From an uncultured Anaerolineales bacterium (GTDB lineage: Bacteria > Chloroflexota > Anaerolineae > Epilineales > JAANWY01): DNA of 64,000 bases. The stretch lies in assembly GCA_964532665.1 (NCBI GenBank), contig CAZHMV010000002.1:84679-148678 (forward strand), read 5' to 3'. The notes beneath the pieces are model-generated. The model was not told the origin of the DNA. It did no database searches and saw only the letters and a program-made list of their open reading frames with translations. Of the stretch, positions 28,587-37,548 are shown one piece after another. Every line of letters starts with the position of its first letter. Position 1 is the first letter of the stretch. Both the position numbers and the translations under genes were made by a program.

Positions 28587-29584
28587 GCTGGTTTGAGCAA
28601 GTACCCAAGGTCGAACTCCACCTGCACCTGGAGGGCGCAATTCCCCACGACGCCCTGTGGGAGCTGATTCAGAAATACGGCGGGGACCCGTCGGTGCCTG
28701 ACCTGCCGGCCCTGGAGCGGCAGTTCGAGTATCGGGACTTCCCGCACTTCATCGACACCTGGGTGTGGAAAAACCGGTTTCTGCGGGAATACGAGGACTT
28801 CACGTTCATCGCCGAAGCGGTAGCACGGGACCTGGCGTGCCAGAACATCTGCTACGCCGAGGCCTTCTACTCCCCGCCGGACTTCACCCGCCACGGCCTG
28901 GAGACCGGGAAGCTCACCGAAGCGATCCGCGCCGGCCTGGCTCGCGTCCCGGACATCGAAATCGCACTGGTGGCCGACCTGGTGCGCGACTTCGGGCCGG
29001 AGCGCGCCGCCGGCACCCTGGCAGAGGTGAGCGAGGTGCAGGACCTGGGCGTGATCGGCGTCACTATCGGCGGGTCGGAGCAGGATGTTCCGCCAGAGCC
29101 CTTCGAGGCGGTCTACGAGGAGGCACGGCACTTCGGGTTTCACACCAGCGCCCATGCCGGCGAGGCTGCGGGAGCCGAAAGCATCTGGGAGGCCATTCGC
29201 ACGCTGCGGGTGGAGCGCATCGGCCACGGCACTCGCGCCTGGGAGGACGAATCCCTGCTCGACTACCTGGCAGAGCACGGTATCCCGCTGGAGATGTGCC
29301 CCGTATCCAACGTGCGGACCGGCGTGGTGCGCTCCCTCGACGAACATCCCGTGCGCAGCTACTTCGAGCGCGGGATCGTCGTTACCATCAACACCGACGA
29401 CCCCAGGATGTTTGGCAACTCCCTGGCCGGGGAGTTCCGGCTCCTCGAAGAACGCCTGGGCTTCTCCCGCGATGACATCCGCACGCTGATTCTCCAGGGC
29501 GTCCAGGCGTCCTGGCTGGCGGAAGACCGGAAGCAGAAGCTGATCGAAGCGTTCCGCAGCCATCCGGCCTGGCCGGCGGCGTAA
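28583..29584 (+). CDS. add: Adenosine/adenine deaminase
   Basis: PKVELHLHLEG, AHAGE, RIGHG, LEMCPVSN, INTDDP. Confidence 0.9.
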   Translation: MSWFEQVPKVELHLHLEGAIPHDALWELIQKYGGDPSVPDLPALERQFEYRDFPHFIDTWVWKNRFLREYEDFTFIAEAVARDLACQNICYAEAFYSPPDFTRHGLETGKLTEAIRAGLARVPDIEIALVADLVRDFGPERAAGTLAEVSEVQDLGVIGVTIGGSEQDVPPEPFEAVYEEARHFGFHTSAHAGEAAGAESIWEAIRTLRVERIGHGTRAWEDESLLDYLAEHGIPLEMCPVSNVRTGVVRSLDEHPVRSYFERGIVVTINTDDPRMFGNSLAGEFRLLEERLGFSRDDIRTLILQGVQASWLAEDRKQKLIEAFRSHPAWPAA

Positions 29585-29622
29585 CCGTGCAGCGAAGCCG
29601 TGCCTCAAACGGACAGTTTTCT

Positions 29623-29693
29623 CCCACGGATAGAAAGAAACACGGATAGAATCTAAGTTTCTCTGTTTTCATCCGTGTTTCTTTCTATCCGTG
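29623..29693. repeat. CACGGAT/ATCCGTG inverted tandem hairpin after add (possible terminator)
   Basis: ccacggatagaaagaaacacggat ... atccgtgtttctttctatccgtg is a near-perfect long stem. Confidence 0.7.
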
Positions 29694-29937
29694 AGGAAAA
29701 CCTGTTTGGGATGCTCCGTGGGCTATCCCTGGACGCCTGCCCGGCTGCTGCTTGAGCGATGGTAAGGCAGCGACGCCCCCACCAGTCCTATTCCATGGGA
29801 CCAAACTTGGACCTGTTTTTGACTTGCGTGTGCCCAACTTTGTGGTATACTTGAGACAAACAAACGCCCGTTAGTCTGCGGCCCATTCGAGCAACGTTTC
29901 GGCAGTTGAAACTGCACCAACGTCTGCGAAGCATGTC

Positions 29938-30045
29938 CTAAGCCTGCCGAAGGATCTCCCTTGGGCGACTGGTTGGTCTTCAGCCGGCGAAGGCCGGCTT
30001 CGCGAGGGTTGCCGCGATTTCAATCGCCAGGCTGAGTAGCTACGT
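29938..30045. repeat. Palindromic/REP-like composite element
   Basis: cctaagcctgccgaagg (reverse CTTCGACAGGCTCAGG type), gccggcgaaggccggc hairpin, gcgatttcaatcgc, and end ggctgagtagctac. Resembles 12390-12450. Confidence 0.55.
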
Positions 30046-30094
30046 CACTGCTACACACTCCTCGGGCGGGTGCCGGCGACAACGGGAAATGTTG

Positions 30095-30240
30095 CATCGT
30101 TTCAGCGCACACCCAGATCGCTTTACACTTTTGCTCGCGCTGGACAACAGTCCAGCGCTCCGAAACGCTTTGGAAGCTGCCGGACTGTTGTCCGGCAGGA
30201 GCAAATTGTAAAGCCAAGTTCCCCTTACGGTGAAACGATG
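30095..30240 (+). other. ~145-nt nested inverted repeat in the PAL leader
   Basis: CATCGTTTCA/TGAAACGATG, GCTTTACA/TGTAAAGC, TTTGCTC/GAGCAAA and GGACAACAGTCC/GGACTGTTGTCC. Confidence 0.7.
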
Positions 30241-30285
30241 CCGGAAATGTCGAAGTCCTCCAAAACCGAAAGGAGATAGAATCCA

Positions 30286-31983
30286 ATGGCCGACACGACT
30301 TCTGAACTAGCCTTCTCCCAACCGTCGCCCGACGTCGTGACCATGGACGGCGCAGTCGTCCTGGACGGCGCGGGCTTAACCATCGATGAGATCGTTCGCG
30401 TAGCGCGCCATCACGCGCGCGTGCGCATTGCCAATGACGACACGATCACCCGGCGTATCCTGGCCTCGCACGACTACGTGACGAACGCCGTCGAAGCCGG
30501 CCAGGCCATTTACGGCGTGACAACTGGCTTTGGCGGCATGGCCAGCAAGGTGATTACCGTCGAAAACGCGACCGAGTTGCAGAACAATCTGATCTGGTTC
30601 ATGAAAACCGGCGCCGGCCGGCGCATCCCTACCGCCGACGTGCGCGCCGCGATGCTCCTGCGCATCAATTCCCACCTGCGGGGCGCTTCTGGCCTGCGGT
30701 TGGAGCTGATTCGACGGATGGAGACGTTCCTGAACGCCGGCGTCACACCTCACGTGCACGAATATGGCTCCATCGGCGCCAGTGGTGACCTGGTGCCCCT
30801 GGTCAGCATCACCGGCGCGCTGATCGGCCTGGACCCCAGCTTCACAGTCGATTACAACGGCCAGGAGCTGGATGCACTGACGGCCCTGGATCGGCTCGGG
30901 CTGTCCCCCATGCGTCTGGGTCCCAAGGAAGGACTTGCCATGGTCAACGGCACGTCGGTGATGACCGGTATTGCTGCCAACAACGTGTATGATGCGCGCA
31001 TTCTCCTCGCGCTGTCCATGGGCGCGCATGCGCTGGCCATTCAGGCGCTGCGCGGAACCAACCAATCGTTCCACCCATTCATCCACGACAACAAGCCGCA
31101 CCCGGGCCAGAGGTGGGCCGCCGCCCGCATGCTGGACCTGTTGGCCGGCTCCAGGCTGGTACGCGACGAGCTGGATGGCCGGCACGACTACCGCAACGGC
31201 GACCTGATTCAGGATCGCTACTCGCTGCGCTGCCTGCCCCAGTACGCCGGTCCCATCGTTGACGGACTCGCCCAGATTGCGCGGCAGGTTGAAGTCGAAG
31301 CCAATTCAGCCACGGACAACCCGTTGATCGACCCCGAGACGCAGGTGAGCTTCCATGGTGGCAATTTCCTGGGGCAGTACATTGGTGTGGCGATGGACCA
31401 ACTGCGCTACTACATTGGCCTGCTGGCCAAGCACCTGGATGCCCAGATTGCGCTGCTGGTGGCACCGGAGTTCAGCAACGGGCTGCCGCCGTCCCTCATC
31501 GGCAATCCCGACCGCGAGGTGAACATGGGGCTCAAGGGCTTGCAGATCACCGGCAACTCCCTCATGCCGCTGCTGACCTTCTTCGGCAACTCGCTGGTCG
31601 ATCACTTCCCGACCCATGCCGAGCAGTTCAACCAGAACATCAACAGCCAGGGGTATGGTTCGGCCAACCTGGCGCGCCAGTCCATCGAAATCTTCCAGCA
31701 GTACATGGCAGTTGCGCTGATGTTTGGCGTACAGGCGGTCGATCTGCGGACGCACGTGGTGGCCGGCCACTACGACGCCCGCGAGGTTCTGTCGCCGGCC
31801 ACATCGCGATTGTACGAAGCAGTGCGCCAGGTAGTCGATCATCCGCCATCGGCCGACCGGCCCTACGTGTGGAATGACAACGAGCAGCCGCTGGATGCCG
31901 ACATTGCGCGTATTGCGGCTGACATCGCTGCCGGCGGGCACATCCCCCAGGCGGTCAACGAGATCAGCCATCCAGCCATCTAA
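30286..31983 (+). CDS. pal: Phenylalanine ammonia-lyase, cyanobacterial (Anabaena/Nostoc) type
   Basis: MIO motif GSIGASGDLVPL; IYGVTTGFGG; specificity segment LQNNLIWFMKTGAG (Phe, not His); QDRYSLRCLPQY; HAEQFNQNINSQG. Collinear with Anabaena PAL as I recall it. Confidence 0.85.
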   Translation: MADTTSELAFSQPSPDVVTMDGAVVLDGAGLTIDEIVRVARHHARVRIANDDTITRRILASHDYVTNAVEAGQAIYGVTTGFGGMASKVITVENATELQNNLIWFMKTGAGRRIPTADVRAAMLLRINSHLRGASGLRLELIRRMETFLNAGVTPHVHEYGSIGASGDLVPLVSITGALIGLDPSFTVDYNGQELDALTALDRLGLSPMRLGPKEGLAMVNGTSVMTGIAANNVYDARILLALSMGAHALAIQALRGTNQSFHPFIHDNKPHPGQRWAAARMLDLLAGSRLVRDELDGRHDYRNGDLIQDRYSLRCLPQYAGPIVDGLAQIARQVEVEANSATDNPLIDPETQVSFHGGNFLGQYIGVAMDQLRYYIGLLAKHLDAQIALLVAPEFSNGLPPSLIGNPDREVNMGLKGLQITGNSLMPLLTFFGNSLVDHFPTHAEQFNQNINSQGYGSANLARQSIEIFQQYMAVALMFGVQAVDLRTHVVAGHYDAREVLSPATSRLYEAVRQVVDHPPSADRPYVWNDNEQPLDADIARIAADIAAGGHIPQAVNEISHPAI

Positions 31984-32004
31984 CAAACGATCTTCGAGGT
32001 AGAC

Positions 32005-32571
32005 ATGCCAAAGACGCGAGAAGATGCCTGGGTGTTGGTGAACGAGTTCACCAAGAACAAGAACCTGGTCAAGCACATGCTGGCGGTGGAGGCCGGCATG
32101 CGAGCCTATGCGCGCTACTTCGGCGAGGACGAGGAGACGTGGGGGATCGTCGGATTGCTGCATGACTTCGACTACGAGATGCATCCGACGATCCCCGATC
32201 ACCCGCTGAGAGGCGCGCCGATTCTCCGCGAGCGTGGCTGGCCAGCCGAGATTATCGACGCCATTTTATCCCATGCCGACGAGAGCGGGGTCCCCCGTGA
32301 CACCGACATGCGAAAGGCCCTGTATGCTGTAGATGAGCTCACGGGGCTGATCGTTGCCGTGGCCCTTGTCCGTCCGACACGGGATATTCGGGATGTTGAC
32401 GTGTCGTCGGTGAAGAAGAAGTGGGGCGAGAAGCGGTTCGCCGCCGGCGTGAATCGCGAAGAAATCGAGCGGGGGACCGAGGCGCTGGGTGTTGCGTTGG
32501 ACGACCACATCCAACGGGTCCTGGCAGCCATGCAGGGCATTGCCGGCGATCTGGGGCTCGACGGGCGGTAG
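32005..32571 (+). CDS. HD/HDIG-domain phosphohydrolase
   Basis: LVKHMLAVE, GLLHDFDYE, HPLRG, AILSH, VDELTG. Confidence 0.85.
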   Translation: MPKTREDAWVLVNEFTKNKNLVKHMLAVEAGMRAYARYFGEDEETWGIVGLLHDFDYEMHPTIPDHPLRGAPILRERGWPAEIIDAILSHADESGVPRDTDMRKALYAVDELTGLIVAVALVRPTRDIRDVDVSSVKKKWGEKRFAAGVNREEIERGTEALGVALDDHIQRVLAAMQGIAGDLGLDGR

Positions 32572-32594
32572 GTCAGTCAGGCGGGGATACGCCT

Positions 32595-33647
32595 GTGAAC
32601 CAGCGCAGCGACTCCGTACATCGGAAATCAAGCCGCCAACACGTCGGCCTGTTCGTGAATGGCATGGGCCTGTTGGCGACTCTGTACCTCCTCGGGTGGG
32701 TCGGCTTTGCATTGCCAGGTGCATCGGAGCGGCCGCCGGCGCTGGCGGCCGCTCCGACACATCCCTTTCAACATTCTTCGCCGGCAACCGCCACGCCCAC
32801 CGTCACGCTCACCCCAACGGCGACAATCCCACCGTCCCTCGAAGATCACACCGCTTATCTGCCGTTGATCCAAAAGCAGATCCTCATCCCCGGCTCTCTA
32901 TCCATCGCAGAGGTGTACACGACCCGCTTCGACGGTGAGCGGGAGACAACCTTCCGCCCCTGTCAGGCCATCGCGCTCTGGGTCCGCATGCGAAACGAGG
33001 CCGACGCCACTCAGCCGGCCACCCTCTTCTGGGAGACAGAGGGGCCAGAGGGGAAGACACACCCCCATCTGAGCGCCCATCGCCAGGTGAACGTCCCACC
33101 GGGCGACAGCAGCCGGCGTTTTCTCGGTGCACCGGACCTGGATGCGCCGGCCGGCGAGTATCGATTTACCGTACGGTTCACCAGCGGAACGGATCGACAG
33201 GAAGTTGTCGGGGAGTTCACACTGGCCGGCGAGCCGGTGCCCACCCACTATCTGGAGGGCTTCACGGCCACGATTGATCCCAGGCACTACGACATGGTGT
33301 TGGGGCGTAGTGTGGACCCACCGTGGGTGTATGCCACCCATCCGGTGCGGGTGACCGATCTGTTTACCACACAGGACAAGTACGTGGTGCAGAGCACGGT
33401 GTGGGAAGGGGTGCGGCAAGACACGGCGATCCTCACGCGGCGCTATCGGCCGGATGGCCGGCCGTGGGGTGTCGCCAACTACGCATTCCGCTACCACGGT
33501 GAGTACCCGAGGTGTCTCCGTCGCCACACGGTGTGGTGGGAGATCGATGAGTGGGTGAAGCAGACGCCCGGGCAGTGGACCCTGGAGTTCTCATCCGATG
33601 GCGGACAGACCTGGCAGGGCCGGCTACTTTTCACGCTAACCGACTAG
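32595..33647 (+). CDS. Hypothetical exported protein with T/P-rich linker and YLPLIQK motif
   Basis: Hydrophobic N-terminus, TATPTVTLTPT linker, TAYLPLIQK, then beta-rich domains. Start uncertain. Confidence 0.6.
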   Translation: MNQRSDSVHRKSSRQHVGLFVNGMGLLATLYLLGWVGFALPGASERPPALAAAPTHPFQHSSPATATPTVTLTPTATIPPSLEDHTAYLPLIQKQILIPGSLSIAEVYTTRFDGERETTFRPCQAIALWVRMRNEADATQPATLFWETEGPEGKTHPHLSAHRQVNVPPGDSSRRFLGAPDLDAPAGEYRFTVRFTSGTDRQEVVGEFTLAGEPVPTHYLEGFTATIDPRHYDMVLGRSVDPPWVYATHPVRVTDLFTTQDKYVVQSTVWEGVRQDTAILTRRYRPDGRPWGVANYAFRYHGEYPRCLRRHTVWWEIDEWVKQTPGQWTLEFSSDGGQTWQGRLLFTLTD

Positions 33648-33773
33648 CAGCGGCTTCAGAGTTTCTTAACTGAAGCTTTATCTTCCTCCCATCCATTAAC
33701 TTCCGCTATCAGTTACAATAGTGGTGATGCACCATCCTTGGTCACGTGCCCACGGGCGTGGGCTTGCCCAGCC

Positions 33774-33974
33774 GCAACTACTCGGGCATAGAACCCTTAC
33801 GAAGGTTTCGTCGTGAGGCTCAGCCCGAAGGGTTACGAATCGCCTTGCCGACAGAGCGATTCTCGGCTTGCGAGGATACTTCCGGCCCAGAATCTGCTCG
33901 CGAACCGTTCGGCTGAGTCCTGGGCGGAACCAGGCCTCACGACGAAGCCTTCGCAAGGGTGACTGAGTAGTTGC
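33774..33974. mobile_element. 201-bp MITE-like long hairpin element
   Basis: Ends gcaactactcgg and ctgagtagttgc (11/12). Inner IRs aacccttacgaagg/ccttcgcaagggt and ttcgtcgtgaggc/gcctcacgacgaa (perfect 13 bp). Confidence 0.65.
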
Positions 33975-33997
33975 GAATCTTGCATAGGGAGCTGTTA

Positions 33998-35089
33998 ATG
34001 AAACATTGGACCCTCCGCCGGAAGATTATTAGCTTCGTTCTCGTTGTCATGGCAGTGTTCCTCATCACGCGTGCCATCGGCGAGGCCCGCAAATCATATA
34101 ACGTGTATCTACATTTCGTCATTGAGGAAGCACGCAGTACCGCAGAGACCCTGGCAACCTCCATTTCGCAGGGTGGCTATTGGGACGATCCGGATCGGAT
34201 GCAGGGCTTGCTGTCGGCCTTGCGCAGTCGGGCCGGTCAGGGTGAACGTAACGTGCTGGTGGTAGACATGAGCGGCCGCGTGTTGGCTGCCACCGATTCT
34301 ACAATGCTCGGCTCAGTGGTCCCTGGAGATGCACAACGCAAGCTGCACGAAGTGATCGACCACGGCGCGTCGGCGACTTTCGGAGTGTCAGATGGTTCCA
34401 GAACAACCAACGAACTCGCCGTCCCTATCGAGGTAGACGGCCAAACGAAAGGTGCGTTGCTCGTCGAGTATTTCCAGGACTCCGCGAGACTGCTGGCGCG
34501 CGACACTGCGAGGTCCGAGGTCTTTATTTTCGCCGTTATGACGATGGGGCTCGTGCTCATCCTTTTGGTAGGACTTCGCAAGATGGTGCTCCAGCCCCTG
34601 GCCATTCTGGAACAGGGGGCGGCGCATTTTGGTAAGGGTGACCTGGACGCTCGAATCGAACTGAAAACGGGTGACGAATTGGAGACCGTAGCCAACGCTT
34701 TCAATCGCATGGCAGGGGCATTGAAAGCCTACCATGCAAAACACGTGGCCCAGGAAAAGCAAGCCACGCTGGTGGAGGTGGCCTGCACCACCGCGTTCGA
34801 GTTGAGCCAGCCGTTGACCGTCGTCCTGGGATACGCTGAGCTTCTCCGTGAGCAGGAGGTCCCCAGCCCAGAACTGCTGGACGAGGCGGCCCGGTCGATT
34901 CAACGAGGCAGCCAGAAGATGGCCGGGATTGTACGCCAGCTCTCCAGTATGGGTGGCGAACATGGCGTTCCAGATGCACCGATGAATGGCCGGCCAGCTA
35001 CCGACCGCAGCCTCGAAAGGACTCCACGAGCCGGAGCCAGGGTGCACTCGAGCGCCGCCGGCATGCTGGACCATGCTTACAAGGCGTAG
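33998..35089 (+). CDS. Membrane sensor with HAMP and degenerate HisKA domain (no catalytic domain)
   Basis: Two TM helices, HAMP (PLAILEQGA..FGKGDL..RIE..TGDELE..A.AFNRM), H-box reads TAFELSQPL. The protein ends without N/G boxes. Confidence 0.75.
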   Translation: MKHWTLRRKIISFVLVVMAVFLITRAIGEARKSYNVYLHFVIEEARSTAETLATSISQGGYWDDPDRMQGLLSALRSRAGQGERNVLVVDMSGRVLAATDSTMLGSVVPGDAQRKLHEVIDHGASATFGVSDGSRTTNELAVPIEVDGQTKGALLVEYFQDSARLLARDTARSEVFIFAVMTMGLVLILLVGLRKMVLQPLAILEQGAAHFGKGDLDARIELKTGDELETVANAFNRMAGALKAYHAKHVAQEKQATLVEVACTTAFELSQPLTVVLGYAELLREQEVPSPELLDEAARSIQRGSQKMAGIVRQLSSMGGEHGVPDAPMNGRPATDRSLERTPRAGARVHSSAAGMLDHAYKA

Positions 35090-35200
35090 TTCAAGGCACC
35101 GACTGGCGGAGCAATCCGCCAGGTGGTTTGCATGTAGGGATGCACCTCCGCGCCCGTAGATCGGGCTTGAGCCGCGTGAGACGTGCTGAACTACACAGAA

Positions 35201-35236
35201 ATGGCGTGCACTGAACATCAGTGCACGCCATAGTTT
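35201..35236. terminator. Perfect 14-bp hairpin, possible terminator
   Basis: atggcgtgcactga-aca-tcagtgcacgccat followed by agtttt. Confidence 0.5.
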
Positions 35237-35382
35237 TGCCGTAACTTTGCCCAAATTCACGCCCTGGGTCGGTTCTATTGCCGGGCACATTGTGTCCTCT
35301 GCAGCATCAGTCTAACAGAGCCGGCCCGGGGCTTCGACTTGTTTTTGACCAAAGCAGCAAAATCCTTATCATTAGTCGTAGC

Positions 35383-36270
35383 ATGAGTGCCATCGACGTA
35401 ACTGACGTTTCCAAACACTATGGCAGCTTCGAGGCTGTCAAGAATCTCTCGTTCAGTGTTCAGCCCGGTGAGATATTCGGCCTGCTCGGTCCGAACGGTG
35501 CCGGCAAGACCACGACGATTCGGATGTTGATGGACATCATCAAGCCCGACGCCGGCCACATTCGGATTCTGGACGAATCGCCGTCGGACGCGACCAAGAA
35601 CCGAATTGGCTATTTGCCAGAAGAGCGTGGGCTTTACAAGGGCCTGAAAGTGATGGACACGCTGGTCTACCTGGCTGCGTTGAAGGATATGGACCGCCAC
35701 AAAGCCGAGCGGCGGGCTGAAGCTCTGCTGAAGAGGGTCGATCTGTGGGGCAGTCGCAACCACAAGATCAGCGCGCTCAGCAAGGGGATGCAGCAGAAAC
35801 TTCAGTTCGTCGTGACGATTCTGCACGATCCCGATTTGGTGGTGCTGGATGAGCCGTTCCAGGGACTCGATCCCGTCAACCTGGAGCTGATTCAAGAGAT
35901 GATCGCGGCGCTGCCGGCCCAGGGCAAGACCGTGGTGCTCAGCACGCACATGATGAACCAGGTGGAACGCCTGTGCGATCGAATCTTGCTCATCGACCAT
36001 GGCCGGTCGGTCCTGTACGGCCAGATCGACGAGATCAAGACCAGATTCGCGAATAACGCGGTCATCCTGCGGACCGCCGGCCACCTCGACGGCATGACCG
36101 GCGTGAAGCGCGTCGTGAACCATGGCCGGTACTACGAGTTGTTTCTGGAAGAGAACACGACCCCCCAGGACATCCTGCAGCGGTTGATCCACGCCGGCAT
36201 TGAGGTGCGAGAGTTTGAGGTGGCCACGCCGGCGCTGAATGAGATCTTCATTGAGGTGGTGGGCAGATAA
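35383..36270 (+). CDS. ABC-2 type exporter ATP-binding protein
   Basis: GPNGAGKT, LSKGMQQK, VVLDEPF, LSTH. Start at ATG 35383, below TTGACC-16-TATCAT. Confidence 0.92.
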   Translation: MSAIDVTDVSKHYGSFEAVKNLSFSVQPGEIFGLLGPNGAGKTTTIRMLMDIIKPDAGHIRILDESPSDATKNRIGYLPEERGLYKGLKVMDTLVYLAALKDMDRHKAERRAEALLKRVDLWGSRNHKISALSKGMQQKLQFVVTILHDPDLVVLDEPFQGLDPVNLELIQEMIAALPAQGKTVVLSTHMMNQVERLCDRILLIDHGRSVLYGQIDEIKTRFANNAVILRTAGHLDGMTGVKRVVNHGRYYELFLEENTTPQDILQRLIHAGIEVREFEVATPALNEIFIEVVGR

Positions 36271-36295
36271 AGCCGGCTTGATAAGAGTGAGCCCT

Positions 36296-37522
36296 ATGCA
36301 CAAGATCCTGACTGTGACCCGCCATGAGTTGTTTGTCAATTTGCGGCGACCCAGCTACATCATCATGACGCTGGCTGTGCCGGCGTTGGGGCTGGTGGGC
36401 ATTCTGGTGACAGTGTACTTCGGCGGGCACATTGCCGGAACCGTGGTATCTCAGTTTGAAACGGGCACCAGCCGGCACATTGGGTACGTGGATCGATCAG
36501 GCTGGATCAGGGATGGGGAGTATGCTGCAAGTGAAGGCTTTCGCGCCTTTGACAGCGAGGACACTGCCCGCGCTGCTCTGGATAGGGGTGAAATCTCCGG
36601 CTTCATCATCCTCACCGACGATTACCTGGCGACGGGAAAGGTGATTCGCTACGTCAGGGGAAAGGGTGTCCTCGGTTTCGATGAAGTGGATCGCGAGCGC
36701 ATCCACGATTTTTTGATGGACAACCTGTTGGAGAACGTCGATGATTCAGCGCTGCGAGCACGGCTACGCAAGCCCCTCGACCTGTCCACCGTCGATCTGG
36801 CCGGCGGTGAGGGGCGAACACTGAACCCGCTGGACTTCGTGATACCCTACGCCTTCTCTGTTCTGCTGGTCATCTCGATTTTCACCTCATCCGGCTTCCT
36901 GCTCCAGAGTGTGACCGAGGAGAAGGAGAACCGGGTGGTCGAGGTGCTGCTGTCCTCGGTGTCACCGCTGCAACTCATGGCCGGCAAGATTCTGGGGCTT
37001 GGCATCCTCGGCCTGGTGCAGGTCATCGTCTGGTTTGGTGCTGTTTGGGCAGTGGGTGGTGTTGCGGCGGCCAGTTTCGCCGTGCTGTCCGGTTTTCGTA
37101 TCGGTCCTTCCGTTGTTGTGCTGTCCATCGTCTACTTCCTGCTGGGCTACCTGCTGTTTGCGGCGTTCATGGCGGCTGCCGGCGCTGCTTCCACCACGCT
37201 GCGCGAGGGCCAGCAACTGGCCGGCATCGTGTCGTTCGTAAGCGCGATCCCCTTCATGCTGGCCAGTCTGCTGTTTGCAAACCCCGATTCCCTTGTCATT
37301 CGGGTGCTCACCTACTTCCCCCTGACAACGCCGATCATGATGATGCAACGTCTGGCACTGGGCGACGTGTCAGGCCTGGAAATCGCCGGCAGTATTGTGC
37401 TGCTGAGCGCCAGCATCGTCGTCGGCACGTGGGCTGCGGCCAAGATCTTCCGTGTCGGGATGCTCATGTACGGTCAGCGGCTCGGCGTCCGGCAGCTCTG
37501 GACATCTCTCCGGCAAGCGTAG
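36296..37522 (+). CDS. ABC-2 type permease (NatB/YhaP-like)
   Basis: SVTEEKENRVVEVLLSSV...LMAGKILG; six TM helices. Confidence 0.9.
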   Translation: MHKILTVTRHELFVNLRRPSYIIMTLAVPALGLVGILVTVYFGGHIAGTVVSQFETGTSRHIGYVDRSGWIRDGEYAASEGFRAFDSEDTARAALDRGEISGFIILTDDYLATGKVIRYVRGKGVLGFDEVDRERIHDFLMDNLLENVDDSALRARLRKPLDLSTVDLAGGEGRTLNPLDFVIPYAFSVLLVISIFTSSGFLLQSVTEEKENRVVEVLLSSVSPLQLMAGKILGLGILGLVQVIVWFGAVWAVGGVAAASFAVLSGFRIGPSVVVLSIVYFLLGYLLFAAFMAAAGAASTTLREGQQLAGIVSFVSAIPFMLASLLFANPDSLVIRVLTYFPLTTPIMMMQRLALGDVSGLEIAGSIVLLSASIVVGTWAAAKIFRVGMLMYGQRLGVRQLWTSLRQA

Positions 37523-37548
37523 TTCTGCTCAGCTACCCCGCTGTCAAC

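Noticed and set aside
29723-29920. 65-aa minus-strand ORF between add and pal
   Set aside because: No SD, no recognisable motif, and it overlaps a likely plus-strand promoter (TATACT near 29846).
30286-31983. Histidine (HutH) or tyrosine ammonia-lyase
   Set aside because: The specificity segment has Trp-Phe-Met rather than the Ser-His of HAL or the His-Leu of TAL, and no hut genes are nearby.
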